64,000 nucleotides of DNA, from the sequence record KM606994. One strand, given 5' to 3'. The stretch is from Escherichia phage RB3. Under the pieces are notes generated by a model. That model had not been told where the DNA came from. It was given only the letters and a program-made list of their open reading frames with translations, and ran no database searches. Shown in pieces: positions 1 through 9,582 of the stretch. A program made the position numbers and the translations under genes. Within the stretch, counting starts at the first letter, position 1. Each line of letters begins with the position of its first letter.

Positions 1-2178
1 TTAGGCCGCAAGGGCCTTCATAGTTTTAGCGATTTGGGAAACTTCATCATCACTTAAAGAGTTGCGATAACCGATGAAGTCGGAAACAATACGGAATTTC
101 TTGGTAAACTCAGCAACCATTTTATCACTGTTTTTTGAAGCATTATTTGATAATACATCAAAAAGATTAGTTACTGTCCAGATGTCATGACCGATAGTAT
201 CTTTTCCACCATTAAAATATACACCCTGTAATGAACTAACCATATTAGCGAGTCGTGTATATTCTTCAGAAACTTCATCTACACTGAAGTACTTCATCAT
301 AAAATCTAGCTCAGGATACTTGATAATTTTATCAATATATCGTTTAGCTGAACTTGAATAACCTACATACTTATCATAATCTACATCATCAAAAGCATCT
401 ACATATAAATCACGCAAAGCTTCAAAAATACATTGGCACTGACCGAGTTCTTTTACCTTTTTCTGTAAAAGCGGACGAATAACATAAAATTCATTAATGC
501 CAATAAGATTAGCCATACGAATCAAAATATTCATAGATGGATGACAAAGAGATGTAGTACCATCCATAGAAAAAATATCAGAACGATGCATATACGCTAC
601 ATAACCAGTAATTTCATCTGCTTCTGACGTGAGCGTAAATAATTCCTCTTTTTCCCAGCGCCCGTCTTTAATTTCAAACTTAAATGCTGTAGCAGCTTTA
701 GGACGAGGAGCTTTACTTTTAACTACCTTTGGAATATAGCTTTTAACTAAAGCTTCAATTTCTGACAAATAATGAATGTTAACTTCATCACTTTCAAACA
801 TTGCCATAATATCAGGAAGCAAATCAATCTGCGATTCTACTTCTGGGTTAATAAACAGAAGACGCTCATTGTGATGAATATTCAAAGTGTTATTAAATTC
901 ACTATCATCTAACGCACGTGCTAATCCACGAACAATATTAACACGATTTTTAATATTATCAATAACGATATTAATTTTTGTTGTATTAATACCAAACAGA
1001 CGATAACTTGATGCAACGGCTGAAGTTTCATGGCTTTGCTTAATACGTTTCAGCCGAGGGTCAAGATTTACTTCATACACAACCCCTGCATTACATAACT
1101 TACTATCAGGTTCAAACATGCTCTGCATCTTCTTATATGACAGATTTTTAGTCGTGAATTTGACTGAATTACTAATCATATAATCTCGAGCAGAATACCC
1201 CATCTTCATCAATTCACGATATGTGTGACGAGGAGATGTAGATTCTTTAAATCGTTTTACATCTTCATTAAATGATTTCTCACTGAGTTCTTTAACTCGT
1301 TCAATAATATTTTTACGAGTACGATCATCCAGTGAAAGAGCCTCGCGAGATGGAGCAATATCAAGTGAACCCATTGGAAACTTAATGTAATTCACTTCAT
1401 TGCGAATGCTTAGCCAGTTACGGTCTCTAATAACACCATCAATAGGATAAACAATGCCGCCATAGATAGCATATAATCCACCACGATCAGGCCAGTATCT
1501 TTCTGGATTTACGCCGTAATAATCATCAAAATCCGGAAAATAATCAATTTCGCGGTCAAGACCATTAATGATAGCCAAATCTTTGAACGGCCGCATGATA
1601 TAAGAAACTTCATAAGCAAAGTTTCTAAAGTCTTTTTCTTCAACTGGAACTACGATTTCAATACCAGTTTTATCATCTGGACCCATTTCTTTTACGAATG
1701 TAGGTTTAATCTGTGGGCCATCACCATCCATATAAGCTACATAACCACGAATTTCACCTTTATGATACGAAGTAATACTAAACGTATCAGTATAACTAAA
1801 CGGAGATTTAGAACCTAAACCAAATCCGCCAATGAAATCGTTAGATTCAGCCTTAGATGAACTGAAGTATGAATTATACAGACCAGGAGAATTATCATCA
1901 CCCTGAATATCAAAATCACTCATACCCGGACCAAAATCTCGGCAAACAAATCGTGGATCTAAACGTCCAGGAACTTGAATGATAAATTTTTCAGGATTTC
2001 CATTGAGAGCATGGGCATCAATCATGTTGGTAATCAATTCACGGACTACTGCGCGAATTTTGTTTGTATACAAATCAGATGACAGAATTTTAAATACTTT
2101 AGGAGATGCTGTGATGCTAAATGCTTTTGATTTAGAACCATTACCAAGAATTGTTTCTTTTTCAGTGGTGATAATCAT
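1..2178 (-). CDS. rIIA: rIIA protein (725 aa, N-terminal GHKL-type ATPase-like region)
   Basis: Complete 725-aa ORF; ATG at 2176-2178 preceded by GAGGA; stop at window positions 1-3; length and sequence as T4 rIIA. Confidence 0.9.
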   Translation of the reverse strand: MIITTEKETILGNGSKSKAFSITASPKVFKILSSDLYTNKIRAVVRELITNMIDAHALNGNPEKFIIQVPGRLDPRFVCRDFGPGMSDFDIQGDDNSPGLYNSYFSSSKAESNDFIGGFGLGSKSPFSYTDTFSITSYHKGEIRGYVAYMDGDGPQIKPTFVKEMGPDDKTGIEIVVPVEEKDFRNFAYEVSYIMRPFKDLAIINGLDREIDYFPDFDDYYGVNPERYWPDRGGLYAIYGGIVYPIDGVIRDRNWLSIRNEVNYIKFPMGSLDIAPSREALSLDDRTRKNIIERVKELSEKSFNEDVKRFKESTSPRHTYRELMKMGYSARDYMISNSVKFTTKNLSYKKMQSMFEPDSKLCNAGVVYEVNLDPRLKRIKQSHETSAVASSYRLFGINTTKINIVIDNIKNRVNIVRGLARALDDSEFNNTLNIHHNERLLFINPEVESQIDLLPDIMAMFESDEVNIHYLSEIEALVKSYIPKVVKSKAPRPKAATAFKFEIKDGRWEKEELFTLTSEADEITGYVAYMHRSDIFSMDGTTSLCHPSMNILIRMANLIGINEFYVIRPLLQKKVKELGQCQCIFEALRDLYVDAFDDVDYDKYVGYSSSAKRYIDKIIKYPELDFMMKYFSVDEVSEEYTRLANMVSSLQGVYFNGGKDTIGHDIWTVTNLFDVLSNNASKNSDKMVAEFTKKFRIVSDFIGYRNSLSDDEVSQIAKTMKALAA

Positions 2179-2188
2179 AATTTCCTCA

Positions 2189-2392
2189 TTAATTCATATT
2201 ACGCTTAATAACTTCAGCAACTTCTAGTAGTTCATCTTTAGTTGCGGTGTCGGATTGAATTTTATCTCTAATATCTTTAAAGCGGTTTTTAAATTCTTCG
2301 GCTTCTCCCATATCGAAAAAGCGTTGAATGATTCTATATTCTCGATAAACTGCTTTATCAAAAAGTTCTAAATTTACTCTATATGATTTCAT
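2189..2392 (-). CDS. small protein upstream of rIIA (rIIA.1 position)
   Basis: 67-aa ORF with ATG start, immediately upstream of rIIA on the same strand. Confidence 0.55.
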   Translation of the reverse strand: MKSYRVNLELFDKAVYREYRIIQRFFDMGEAEEFKNRFKDIRDKIQSDTATKDELLEVAEVIKRNMN

Positions 2393-2417
2393 TTCAATAT
2401 CCTCATTTGCCCAATTA

Positions 2418-2447
2418 ATTATACCACATCCTTGTGGTAAAGTAAAC
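2418..2447 (-). promoter_or_regulatory. early promoter (GTTTAC -35, 18-nt spacer, TGGTATAAT -10 on minus strand)
   Basis: Plus strand reads attata-N18-gtaaac; an identical 30-mer recurs at 47011-47040. Confidence 0.6.
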
Positions 2448-4264
2448 TACTGGCTCATCCATTCTTTACGAAGGTCAGCATTATCTCCCATGAGCATTTC
2501 AAAAAGCTCTTTCCAGTTCTCAGGAAGTTTAACAACATCATATACTGGATTTTGAATCATCTCACGATATTCAGATTTTTCCAAAGAGCCAAGTCCCTTA
2601 ATATAACGGATACTATGTTTAGGTAGAGCATCTTTAGCACTCTCATATTCAGCGACTGTATAAAACCATTCTTGTTTTTTACCGACCTGAGCGATGATTA
2701 CAGGAGTTTTGACAAAGCGAATTCGTCCTTGCTCAAACAATTCTGGCCAATTACTAAAAAATCCGAGCAGAGAAGGATAAATGCTTCCTAAACCATCATG
2801 GTCAGCATCAGTCATAATAGCAATATTATGATAATTCAAGTTTTCAGCTTTTTCACCTAGAACTAAACCCGTGATTGCGCAAATATCAAACAGTTCTTTG
2901 TTTTTAAGCATATCAGCATATGACATACCCCAACTGTTGAGAACTTTACCACGCAATGGATAACCACCATGAAGTTCTTTATCACGAACATCAATAAGAT
3001 ATCCGATAGCAGAATCACCCTCAGTCAAGAAAAGAGTAGTGTCAGCATCTTTACCACAAAGATTCGCTTTAATATGTTTATGAACCTTAGCTTTAGAAGC
3101 CTTTTTAGCTGCTTTAGTTTCTGCTGCTTTTTCTGCTGCCAATTTACGAGCTAATGCTGCTTCAATAATTGGCATCAAAATTGCTTCATTATTTAGAATA
3201 GCGCGTGAAATCTTTTTAGCATCAAGTTGAATATGACTACGGATTTCACCAAATGGAGAAGTCAAACGCTCTTTAGTTTGAGAATCAAATCGCATGTTTT
3301 TCATATCACGAACAAACATAACGATAGTCAAACATTCTTTGACACGTGCTTTAGTTACATCAATTTTGAACTTACGTTTGATTTGTGGAATAAGGTCTTC
3401 ACAAATATCATCCATAACACAGTCAATGTGATGGCCACCATTCTTAGTGTGAATGTTATTCACATAAGTTAATTGACGAAATCCATCCGGTGAACGACCA
3501 ACCGCAATAGAACAATTTTCTTGTTCTTGAACAATAGCATGTTCATCATACTGTCGTGCATATTTCTTAAAATTGCCCTGAACCTTTTTACCATTAAAGG
3601 TAAATTGAATATCAGGATAAACAACAGCAAGTGTCTGGAGACGATCCAGTGTAATGTCAAGATAAACTTGGGACAGCTCATTAGTTTCAAATGACATAAA
3701 ATCAGGAATGAAAGTAACACGAGTTCCTTTCCATTTTCCAGGAATATCTTCCCATGATTTATTTTCCATGCCATTTGAACAACGAACTACAATATTATTT
3801 TGACCATCACCAGTTTCACCGACAAACATCACAGAAAAAATGTTTGTCAAACTAGAACCAACACCATTCATACCACCGGTGACGCGTTCTTTATCATCAC
3901 CGAAGTTACCACCTGCTTTTGGAATAGTCCACGCAGCAACAGGACCAGGAATTTCTTCACCTGTAGGTGTTTTAACCATCGCCTGTGGAATACCGCGACC
4001 GTTATCTTCAACTGTTACCTGATTATTTTTAATAGTAACATTAATTTTATTTGCGAATTTAAACTTAGTACGAATACCTTCATCTACTGAGTTATCAATA
4101 ATTTCATCAATAAGCTTAACAAGACCAGGTACATACTGAACACTTTCCCATTTACCAAACAGAAAGCGCTCATGCATTTCATTAGCAGAAGAGCCAATAT
4201 ACATGCCGCTACGCTTTTTGATATGTTCAATATCGCTCAGAATTTTAATTTCATTCTTAATCAT
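2447..4264 (-). CDS. 39: DNA topoisomerase II large subunit, uninterrupted (gene 39 fused with the gene 60 part), 605 aa from first ATG
   Basis: GyrB-like ATPase and TOPRIM motifs (EDNGRGIP, GGMNGVG); ORF-track start is GTG, ATG is codon 2; no interruption, no inserted endonuclease gene. Confidence 0.9.
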   Translation of the reverse strand: MIKNEIKILSDIEHIKKRSGMYIGSSANEMHERFLFGKWESVQYVPGLVKLIDEIIDNSVDEGIRTKFKFANKINVTIKNNQVTVEDNGRGIPQAMVKTPTGEEIPGPVAAWTIPKAGGNFGDDKERVTGGMNGVGSSLTNIFSVMFVGETGDGQNNIVVRCSNGMENKSWEDIPGKWKGTRVTFIPDFMSFETNELSQVYLDITLDRLQTLAVVYPDIQFTFNGKKVQGNFKKYARQYDEHAIVQEQENCSIAVGRSPDGFRQLTYVNNIHTKNGGHHIDCVMDDICEDLIPQIKRKFKIDVTKARVKECLTIVMFVRDMKNMRFDSQTKERLTSPFGEIRSHIQLDAKKISRAILNNEAILMPIIEAALARKLAAEKAAETKAAKKASKAKVHKHIKANLCGKDADTTLFLTEGDSAIGYLIDVRDKELHGGYPLRGKVLNSWGMSYADMLKNKELFDICAITGLVLGEKAENLNYHNIAIMTDADHDGLGSIYPSLLGFFSNWPELFEQGRIRFVKTPVIIAQVGKKQEWFYTVAEYESAKDALPKHSIRYIKGLGSLEKSEYREMIQNPVYDVVKLPENWKELFEMLMGDNADLRKEWMSQ

Positions 4265-4316
4265 CACTTATCCTCGTTTGGTTTCGGGAATATTATACTC
4301 CGGTAATCATAAAGCT

Positions 4317-4334
4317 AAAGGCCCGAAGGCCTTT
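4317..4334 (-). terminator. GC-rich hairpin (GGCC-UUCG-GGCC on minus transcript), possible terminator or RNA stability element
   Basis: Inverted repeat aaaggcc cgaa ggccttt between lipoprotein ORF and gene 39. Confidence 0.4.
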
Positions 4335-4594
4335 TATTTAAAACGAATAGTTGAATCCTTAAAGAACAGCCCAGAACATACTGTTCCTTCTACTTTCTGC
4401 CCGGTAGGTCCAATAGCACGAAATCCAGTATGCTGGAAATCATTTTCAGAGCAACCGAACCAATTATATCCAGTGATTTCAATATTAGTAAAACCACTTG
4501 AAGACAAAACTTTGGTTGCATTATCAGCATCAGTACATCCTACTAAAGACACTACTAATACTAATGCTGCGATAGAACGATTAATATATTTCAT
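4334..4594 (-). CDS. putative lipoprotein (signal peptide plus lipobox LVGC)
   Basis: ORF-track 115-aa ORF trimmed to internal Met MKYINRSIAALVLVVSLVGC. Confidence 0.45.
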   Translation of the reverse strand: MKYINRSIAALVLVVSLVGCTDADNATKVLSSSGFTNIEITGYNWFGCSENDFQHTGFRAIGPTGQKVEGTVCSGLFFKDSTIRFK

Positions 4595-4598
4595 AATT

Positions 4599-4970
4599 TC
4601 ACTTAAATTTAATGGCTTGAAGAAGACTAATAACTCCCAAGCGACTTCTTTCATCTTTAACTGTAAAAGAAAGAGGGTCACCAGACTTCATAGTAATAGT
4701 GCATTCAAAATCAAAACCTTCGGGAACTTCTTCGAATAGGTCAAATTCTTCATCATAAATTAGAACACTACTTTGCAGACTGTGAAGAGTTTTTCCAGCA
4801 TTTCCAGATGCTGTACCAATCATTGTAACATTATGACCTTTCATATCTTCAACGATAAATTCACTAGTCAATATTACAGCATTAATAGAACTATTCCTAT
4901 TACTAGCAGAAAGTAGAAATTTCTGTTCTTCACCTTCGCGAATACGATATTTCTTACCCATTTTAAACAT
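4599..4970 (-). CDS. hypothetical protein (123 aa)
   Basis: ORF track; ATG start; tight packing with neighbours. Confidence 0.45.
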   Translation of the reverse strand: MFKMGKKYRIREGEEQKFLLSASNRNSSINAVILTSEFIVEDMKGHNVTMIGTASGNAGKTLHSLQSSVLIYDEEFDLFEEVPEGFDFECTITMKSGDPLSFTVKDERSRLGVISLLQAIKFK

Positions 4971-4972
4971 AA

Positions 4973-5149
4973 TTATCCCTTAAGTAAGTCGTAAAATCCG
5001 CCATTCACATGCTTAGGAGCAGAAGCCCGACGAGTAGACAAACGATGACATTTAGGGCAAACATCATTTTCTCGTTCAGAAATCTTTTTAATTTTTTCAT
5101 ATTCATGCCCGCAATCTTCAGATTGGCATTTATAATCATACATTGGCAT
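4973..5149 (-). CDS. small zinc-ribbon protein (58 aa, two CxxC pairs)
   Basis: Hand-translated MPMYDYKCQSEDCGHEYEKIKKISERENDVCPKCHRLSTRRASAPKHVNGGFYDLLKG; fills the gap between two track ORFs; not in ORF track (under 60 aa). Confidence 0.45.
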   Translation of the reverse strand: MPMYDYKCQSEDCGHEYEKIKKISERENDVCPKCHRLSTRRASAPKHVNGGFYDLLKG

Positions 5150-5151
5150 AA

Positions 5152-5571
5152 TTATTCCTTAAAATGTGCTTTCAACATCTGATACAAGGACCATGCCTGT
5201 TCATTATTTTCAATAGTAACTTTCATTACCGGGAATTCTGTGAAATCTTCTATTTGTTCTTGCTCTTCCTGCTCTTGTTCTTTAGCATCCTGATATGGAT
5301 TTTCAACTTCATCAAAGAACCCAGCTTCGTTAGTAGAAAGCCAGATAAAGTTTTCGTCAAGGATATCACCATGTGTTGCATATCCAACTGTGCCAGTAGA
5401 TGTCACAATTTTAGTAGAACGACCAAGATGGTCAACATCTAAAATTTTAAAAGGATGCATACCTAAACGGCGTGCATAGATTCCGTTATCAGTATGGTCT
5501 TTAATAAAATTTTCTTGAGCCTGTTTATTTTTAAATTGATACCATTTATTAACTTCAAATTTAATAGCCAT
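5152..5571 (-). CDS. hypothetical acidic protein (139 aa)
   Basis: ORF track; EQEQEEQEQ acidic tract. Confidence 0.45.
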   Translation of the reverse strand: MAIKFEVNKWYQFKNKQAQENFIKDHTDNGIYARRLGMHPFKILDVDHLGRSTKIVTSTGTVGYATHGDILDENFIWLSTNEAGFFDEVENPYQDAKEQEQEEQEQIEDFTEFPVMKVTIENNEQAWSLYQMLKAHFKE

Positions 5572-5786
5572 TAATAAATTTCCTTCCAGTAAGTTGTGCC
5601 ATCTTCAGTAATTTCACGAAATACACCGTAAATTGGTTGTTTATCACCAACCTTTTCATACACATAAACCGAAGTCAAGTGAGTAAACTTGATGGTGTGT
5701 TCCTTTTGAACTACTACCAAATCTGGATCGAATAATACATCTTCAAATTCGTCATTAGTGCAGTTCTGAACAATTTTACGTTTCAT
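5571..5786 (-). CDS. hypothetical protein (71 aa)
   Basis: ORF track; start/stop overlap with neighbours. Confidence 0.4.
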   Translation of the reverse strand: MKRKIVQNCTNDEFEDVLFDPDLVVVQKEHTIKFTHLTSVYVYEKVGDKQPIYGVFREITEDGTTYWKEIY

Positions 5787-5799
5787 TACAATTTCCTCA

Positions 5800-6069
5800 T
5801 TAATTGAACAGTGGAGCGATACGTTTCAGAAGAGTAGCAGCACCTTTGGCAAATTTTACATCATGAAAAACAGTTTCTTCTTCCGTTACAACACGAGCTT
5901 TAATGTTTTCACAATCCCAATTTTTGCGAACAATCTTCAAAAGCTGCAGTAAATCTTTACATTCAGCAATATCGATAACACATCCACGAGAATCTTCCAT
6001 TATCGCACGATAACCGTAAGCCATACCATAATCATTGAAAGATTGCTCGATGATAATTAAATTTTCCAT
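5800..6069 (-). CDS. hypothetical protein (89 aa from first ATG)
   Basis: Track ORF trimmed to ATG preceded by GGAG within the shared leader cassette. Confidence 0.45.
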   Translation of the reverse strand: MENLIIIEQSFNDYGMAYGYRAIMEDSRGCVIDIAECKDLLQLLKIVRKNWDCENIKARVVTEEETVFHDVKFAKGAATLLKRIAPLFN

Positions 6070-6121
6070 TTTATTCTCCAAGTTTTTCTGTATCAGTAGT
6101 TGATATTGATATAGTACCATA
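6070..6121 (-). promoter_or_regulatory. copy of shared promoter-leader cassette (divergent -35)
   Basis: Transcribed-strand sequence ATGGTACTATATCAATATCAACTACTGATACAG...GGAGAATAAA-ATG closely matches copies at 24392-24458 and 52094-52160. Confidence 0.4.
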
Positions 6122-6175
6122 ATCAACTACTGATGTATATAGTTTTATGAAAAAAATTTTAAACTTTATGCAAAT

Positions 6176-6595
6176 TTATGCTAAAGCTGCTTCGCACCAT
6201 TTTTTAATTTGGAATTCAGGAACTACCATGAACTGGCCTGCAAAAACAATATTGTAGAGCTTGACACCATCTTCTACCCAACGGTCCGAAATAAAACCAG
6301 CGACTTGATTCGTTGTCCATGGAGTTCCATCTGTTGCCGCCGCAATTGTGAATTTATGGTCTTTTACAACTAAAACTGAAGAACAAAGTTTCCATTTAAA
6401 TGCGCTTTCTTCTGGCTCAATGAACTGACTTGAGACATAACCAATGTTACCATCAGCGTCACGAACTTTAACCTCGTTACGACCAAAAACTGGATCACTT
6501 ACAGAAAGAACTTCAACCAGCTTTCCTGCAACTTTAGAACGAGAAGCAACGGATACATATACGTAATCACCAGTAGAGAGATTTACAATATTCAT
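6176..6595 (-). CDS. paralog-family protein (139 aa), member 1 of 3
   Basis: C-terminal motif WVEDGVKLYNIVFAGQF shared with 6605-7123 and 7151-7588. Confidence 0.5.
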   Translation of the reverse strand: MNIVNLSTGDYVYVSVASRSKVAGKLVEVLSVSDPVFGRNEVKVRDADGNIGYVSSQFIEPEESAFKWKLCSSVLVVKDHKFTIAAATDGTPWTTNQVAGFISDRWVEDGVKLYNIVFAGQFMVVPEFQIKKWCEAALA

Positions 6596-6604
6596 AATAA
6601 TTCC

Positions 6605-7123
6605 TTAAGCTTTACGAGGAGAAGCATAACGAGTGATTTCAGATTCTTCAACAACCCGGAAGTCACCTAAGAATACGATATTGTAGAGCTTTTCACCATC
6701 TTCAACCCATTGGTCTGTGATGAAGCCACACATCCTATCAGTTTTACTTGGACCAGCGAAATCATCAATATAATCGAATTCTTCATCAGTTACAAATTCA
6801 ACGCCTTTACACAACGCCCATTTAAATTGTGCATTAGACTCAGTGGATTCAACTTCTTCAACAGAAGCAAAATGAGAGCTAACACGAGTTTCCAGAAATT
6901 TAGGACTTACGTAAGCGTACTGAGTTTCAGTTTTTCCAGAACTAGGAATGATTCGAACTTTAACTTCTTTAACACGACCAGTACCATTAGTACGAAGTCC
7001 TACCACTTCAACTAGACGACCTGCAGCTTTAGAACGAGATGCAGACGATACACGCTTAATTTCACCGATAGTAATCATAATTTTTCTCTCTTTGTTGTTA
7101 AGATTTATACTCCGCAGGACCAT
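6605..7123 (-). CDS. paralog-family protein (172 aa), member 2 of 3
   Basis: Shares ASRSKxAGxLVEV N-terminal and WVEDGEKLYNIVFLGDF C-terminal motifs with 6176-6595. Confidence 0.5.
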   Translation of the reverse strand: MVLRSINLNNKERKIMITIGEIKRVSSASRSKAAGRLVEVVGLRTNGTGRVKEVKVRIIPSSGKTETQYAYVSPKFLETRVSSHFASVEEVESTESNAQFKWALCKGVEFVTDEEFDYIDDFAGPSKTDRMCGFITDQWVEDGEKLYNIVFLGDFRVVEESEITRYASPRKA

Positions 7124-7150
7124 TATACTCTGGTCCCAAGAGTTTGTAAA

Positions 7151-7588
7151 TTAGCTTACACGAACATTAATCACTGCGCTGCGAGGAACTACAGAGTACT
7201 CTCCAGCATGAACTACGTTCAGAAGTTCAACACCATCTTCAATCCACTGATCAGTCACCCATCCACCCACAGGATTCGCGAATGGACGACGAATATAAAC
7301 TGCCTTACACAGCAGATCAGTTGGATCTTCAGGTTTTTCAATTTCTGTCAATAGACTAAAATCTTTTTCATAAATAATAAGCGATGATACCATTCCATAA
7401 TAGTTTCTAATTTCAATATACATCATACCGATAAGAATTCCGCTATTAACACTAATAACAGTAAAAGGATATCCGCCAGTTAAACCAAGAAGTTCACAAA
7501 ACTTATTATGAGCTGTATTAGACAGTACCGAAAAATTCTTAATTTCATCAAATTTTTTCAATTGATAAACAGCATTATTTTTAATCAT
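7151..7588 (-). CDS. paralog-family protein (145 aa), member 3 of 3
   Basis: C-terminal WIEDGVELLNVVHAGEY motif related to the two preceding genes. Confidence 0.45.
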   Translation of the reverse strand: MIKNNAVYQLKKFDEIKNFSVLSNTAHNKFCELLGLTGGYPFTVISVNSGILIGMMYIEIRNYYGMVSSLIIYEKDFSLLTEIEKPEDPTDLLCKAVYIRRPFANPVGGWVTDQWIEDGVELLNVVHAGEYSVVPRSAVINVRVS

Positions 7589-7598
7589 GATTTTCTCT

Positions 7599-8102
7599 TT
7601 AATCTAAAGTAATAAAGCCTTTTAATTCGGCATGTGATTTGCGGAACATTACTTGGTGCCCGCCAATGATAACTTGATCATCTGGAACTTCGTATACAGC
7701 GAGATAAAATCCTTTAGAAGATAATTCTTCACGCTCTTCTCGTGTGAACCATCTCATCATATCATATTCGCTAGCGAAAGCAAAATGATAAAGAGCTATA
7801 AACCATCCTGGAATATAGTGATCTACGCCTACATATTCTTCTTTCTCAAAATTAGTATTAATTGCTATATTAGCATTTTTAACTAATAATTTGTCTTCGT
7901 GTGGAAGAGGAATTCTTTTATTATCATTACTATGATGCATAAAATTAGGTCTGTCATAACCTACGTGTAATAACCACTCTTCGCTCCATGAATCTATTAT
8001 ACTCCTGTATGGCGTTATTTGAACACAAAGATTTCGACGTATTGTTATAGCATCTTCATTATTAAGAATACTAAAAGATGATTCAACACGATAAATTTTC
8101 AT
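7599..8102 (-). CDS. hypothetical protein (167 aa)
   Basis: ORF track; ATG start; early promoter just upstream. Confidence 0.45.
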   Translation of the reverse strand: MKIYRVESSFSILNNEDAITIRRNLCVQITPYRSIIDSWSEEWLLHVGYDRPNFMHHSNDNKRIPLPHEDKLLVKNANIAINTNFEKEEYVGVDHYIPGWFIALYHFAFASEYDMMRWFTREEREELSSKGFYLAVYEVPDDQVIIGGHQVMFRKSHAELKGFITLD

Positions 8103-8129
8103 TTTATTATCCTCAGTAGCTATAGTGTT

Positions 8130-8159
8130 ATAATACCATAACTAACCGAGGAAGTAAAC
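8130..8159 (-). promoter_or_regulatory. early promoter (GTTTAC, 18 nt, TATTAT)
   Basis: Plus strand ataata-N18-gtaaac upstream of ORF 7599-8102. Confidence 0.5.
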
Positions 8160-8165
8160 AACTTT

Positions 8166-8849
8166 TTATCGTTTTGTTGGAAGAGACAGAGGATCGCACT
8201 CTTCCTCTGACGGAGCATCTTCAAGACCCATAGCGTATCGCAAAGCATACTTCATCATCAGGATGTCTTTCGCGCAGTCATGAATAGAATCATGTGCAAC
8301 GAATCCATCTAAAGTTCCTTTTGGAAGAGGACACGTGGTCATATCACGAACAAGCAGAAGTGCTTCAATTCTGGTACGAATATCACGCTGATTCCAGAAT
8401 TTACAAGGTTCTAACTTAAATGTATCAAGCTCATTCTCGGAAACGCCGTTAAGACGTTGAATATCGCGAATGAGATCGACTAAAATTGGAAAATCAAACG
8501 ACATTCCACGGCACCAACCTTGAGATTTCCAAGGATCGATGTTATGTGCATTGATGTAATCATTAAATTTTGCAATACCATCGATAGTGCTTACATCTTC
8601 ATCGGATGGTGCAATATTTTTTCGAGCTTCAGGAGGCTGGTTTTTCCACCATTCGATAGTGCTTTTAGTAAAAAGACGATGTCCTTTTTGGCTTTTTAAA
8701 TCAAATTTGATTTTAATGCCACGTGAAACTAATTCATCAAATGTTTCAACAACTTCTGGGTTAGGGTCAAAGGCAATAACAGCCAAATCAATAACAGCTG
8801 CTTTTTCACCACTTCCCATTGTTTCAAAATCTATAATAAAATCAAACAT
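8166..8849 (-). CDS. dexA: exonuclease A (227 aa)
   Basis: Length and sequence as T4 DexA; DEDD-like exonuclease motifs (FIIDFET); position upstream of dda. Confidence 0.85.
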   Translation of the reverse strand: MFDFIIDFETMGSGEKAAVIDLAVIAFDPNPEVVETFDELVSRGIKIKFDLKSQKGHRLFTKSTIEWWKNQPPEARKNIAPSDEDVSTIDGIAKFNDYINAHNIDPWKSQGWCRGMSFDFPILVDLIRDIQRLNGVSENELDTFKLEPCKFWNQRDIRTRIEALLLVRDMTTCPLPKGTLDGFVAHDSIHDCAKDILMMKYALRYAMGLEDAPSEEECDPLSLPTKR

Positions 8850-9106
8850 TAAACTTTCCTCGCTAAATCGCGAATTTGGCCTACAGTATAGTCTTGAATA
8901 TAAACTTTATTAATAGGCTCATCAATAAATTTTGCCATAGATTCAATATCTTTTTGTATCTCTTCAAGACTGTATACTATCTTTGAAGCTTTTTCACGAA
9001 TAGTAATATTTTCAGGACCTGGATTTTCTTCAATGACAGCTTTAACATTTGTCATAAGAGATTTAAACTGGTACCAACTCAACTCAATCATTAATAATCG
9101 CCTCAT
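8849..9106 (-). CDS. small paralog-family protein (85 aa)
   Basis: ORF track; similar to 9084-9344. Confidence 0.4.
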   Translation of the reverse strand: MRRLLMIELSWYQFKSLMTNVKAVIEENPGPENITIREKASKIVYSLEEIQKDIESMAKFIDEPINKVYIQDYTVGQIRDLARKV

Positions 9107-9344
9107 AAAGATAGCTAATTTCGCCTAAAACGTAATCATTGATTGTAACAGTTTTCACTTCACCACAAAAGAATTCTAACGCAATTAAATCTCGTTCAAT
9201 TTCTTCTAATTGAAGCATCAACTTACTAGATTCAATTTTTACAGTTTCACGATTTTTACCATGAGCAATTTCATAAATTTCGCTAACTTTATCCTGAAGA
9301 AGATAAAACTGATCTTTAGTTATTTCCACGAATAGCTTCCTCAA
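9084..9344 (-). CDS. small paralog-family protein (86 aa)
   Basis: ORF track; MRKLF... N-terminus and YVLGEI motif parallel the neighbour. Confidence 0.4.
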   Translation of the reverse strand: MRKLFVEITKDQFYLLQDKVSEIYEIAHGKNRETVKIESSKLMLQLEEIERDLIALEFFCGEVKTVTINDYVLGEISYLYEAIIND

Positions 9345-9576
9345 ATTTAATTAGTAATTTACAGACACTTTCATCTAGTGTAATTACCGTATCTGTATTA
9401 CTGTGATATGATTGTTTTTCAATTCGTTTAATTGCTAATATAGTATCACTTATAAGATAAAGCTTATGAAGGAGCTCAGCTCCTGTTATCATAACATTAA
9501 GATTATCTTGCTTATTAGTATGCTTCCTTATACCATCTATTAGACGATTTAAATATTTTGAATTGATGTTAATCAT
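9316..9576 (-). CDS. small hypothetical protein (86 aa)
   Basis: ORF track; third ~85-aa gene in tandem. Confidence 0.4.
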   Translation of the reverse strand: MININSKYLNRLIDGIRKHTNKQDNLNVMITGAELLHKLYLISDTILAIKRIEKQSYHSNTDTVITLDESVCKLLIKFEEAIRGNN

Positions 9577-9582
9577 ATATCC

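Noticed and set aside
3469-3774. Minus-strand ORFs in alternative frames inside known genes (3469-3774, 16070-16306, 22315-22518, 25798-25989, 31871-32134, 33963-34184, 39143-39367, 52561-52755, 62475-62657, 14833-15036, 57930-58115)
   Set aside because: Each overlaps a longer, motif-supported ORF in another frame; no independent start signals.
2447-4264. Gene 60-style translational bypass in the topoisomerase gene
   Set aside because: The ORF is continuous across the region equivalent to the T4 bypass with no in-frame stop.
1979-4739. Plus-strand ORFs of 60-180 aa inside rIIA and gene 39 (1979-2227, 2969-3154, 3227-3472, 3800-4090, 3840-4022, 4203-4739)
   Set aside because: They lie antisense within well-supported minus-strand genes, lack ribosome-binding sites and have low-complexity translations; treated as shadow ORFs.
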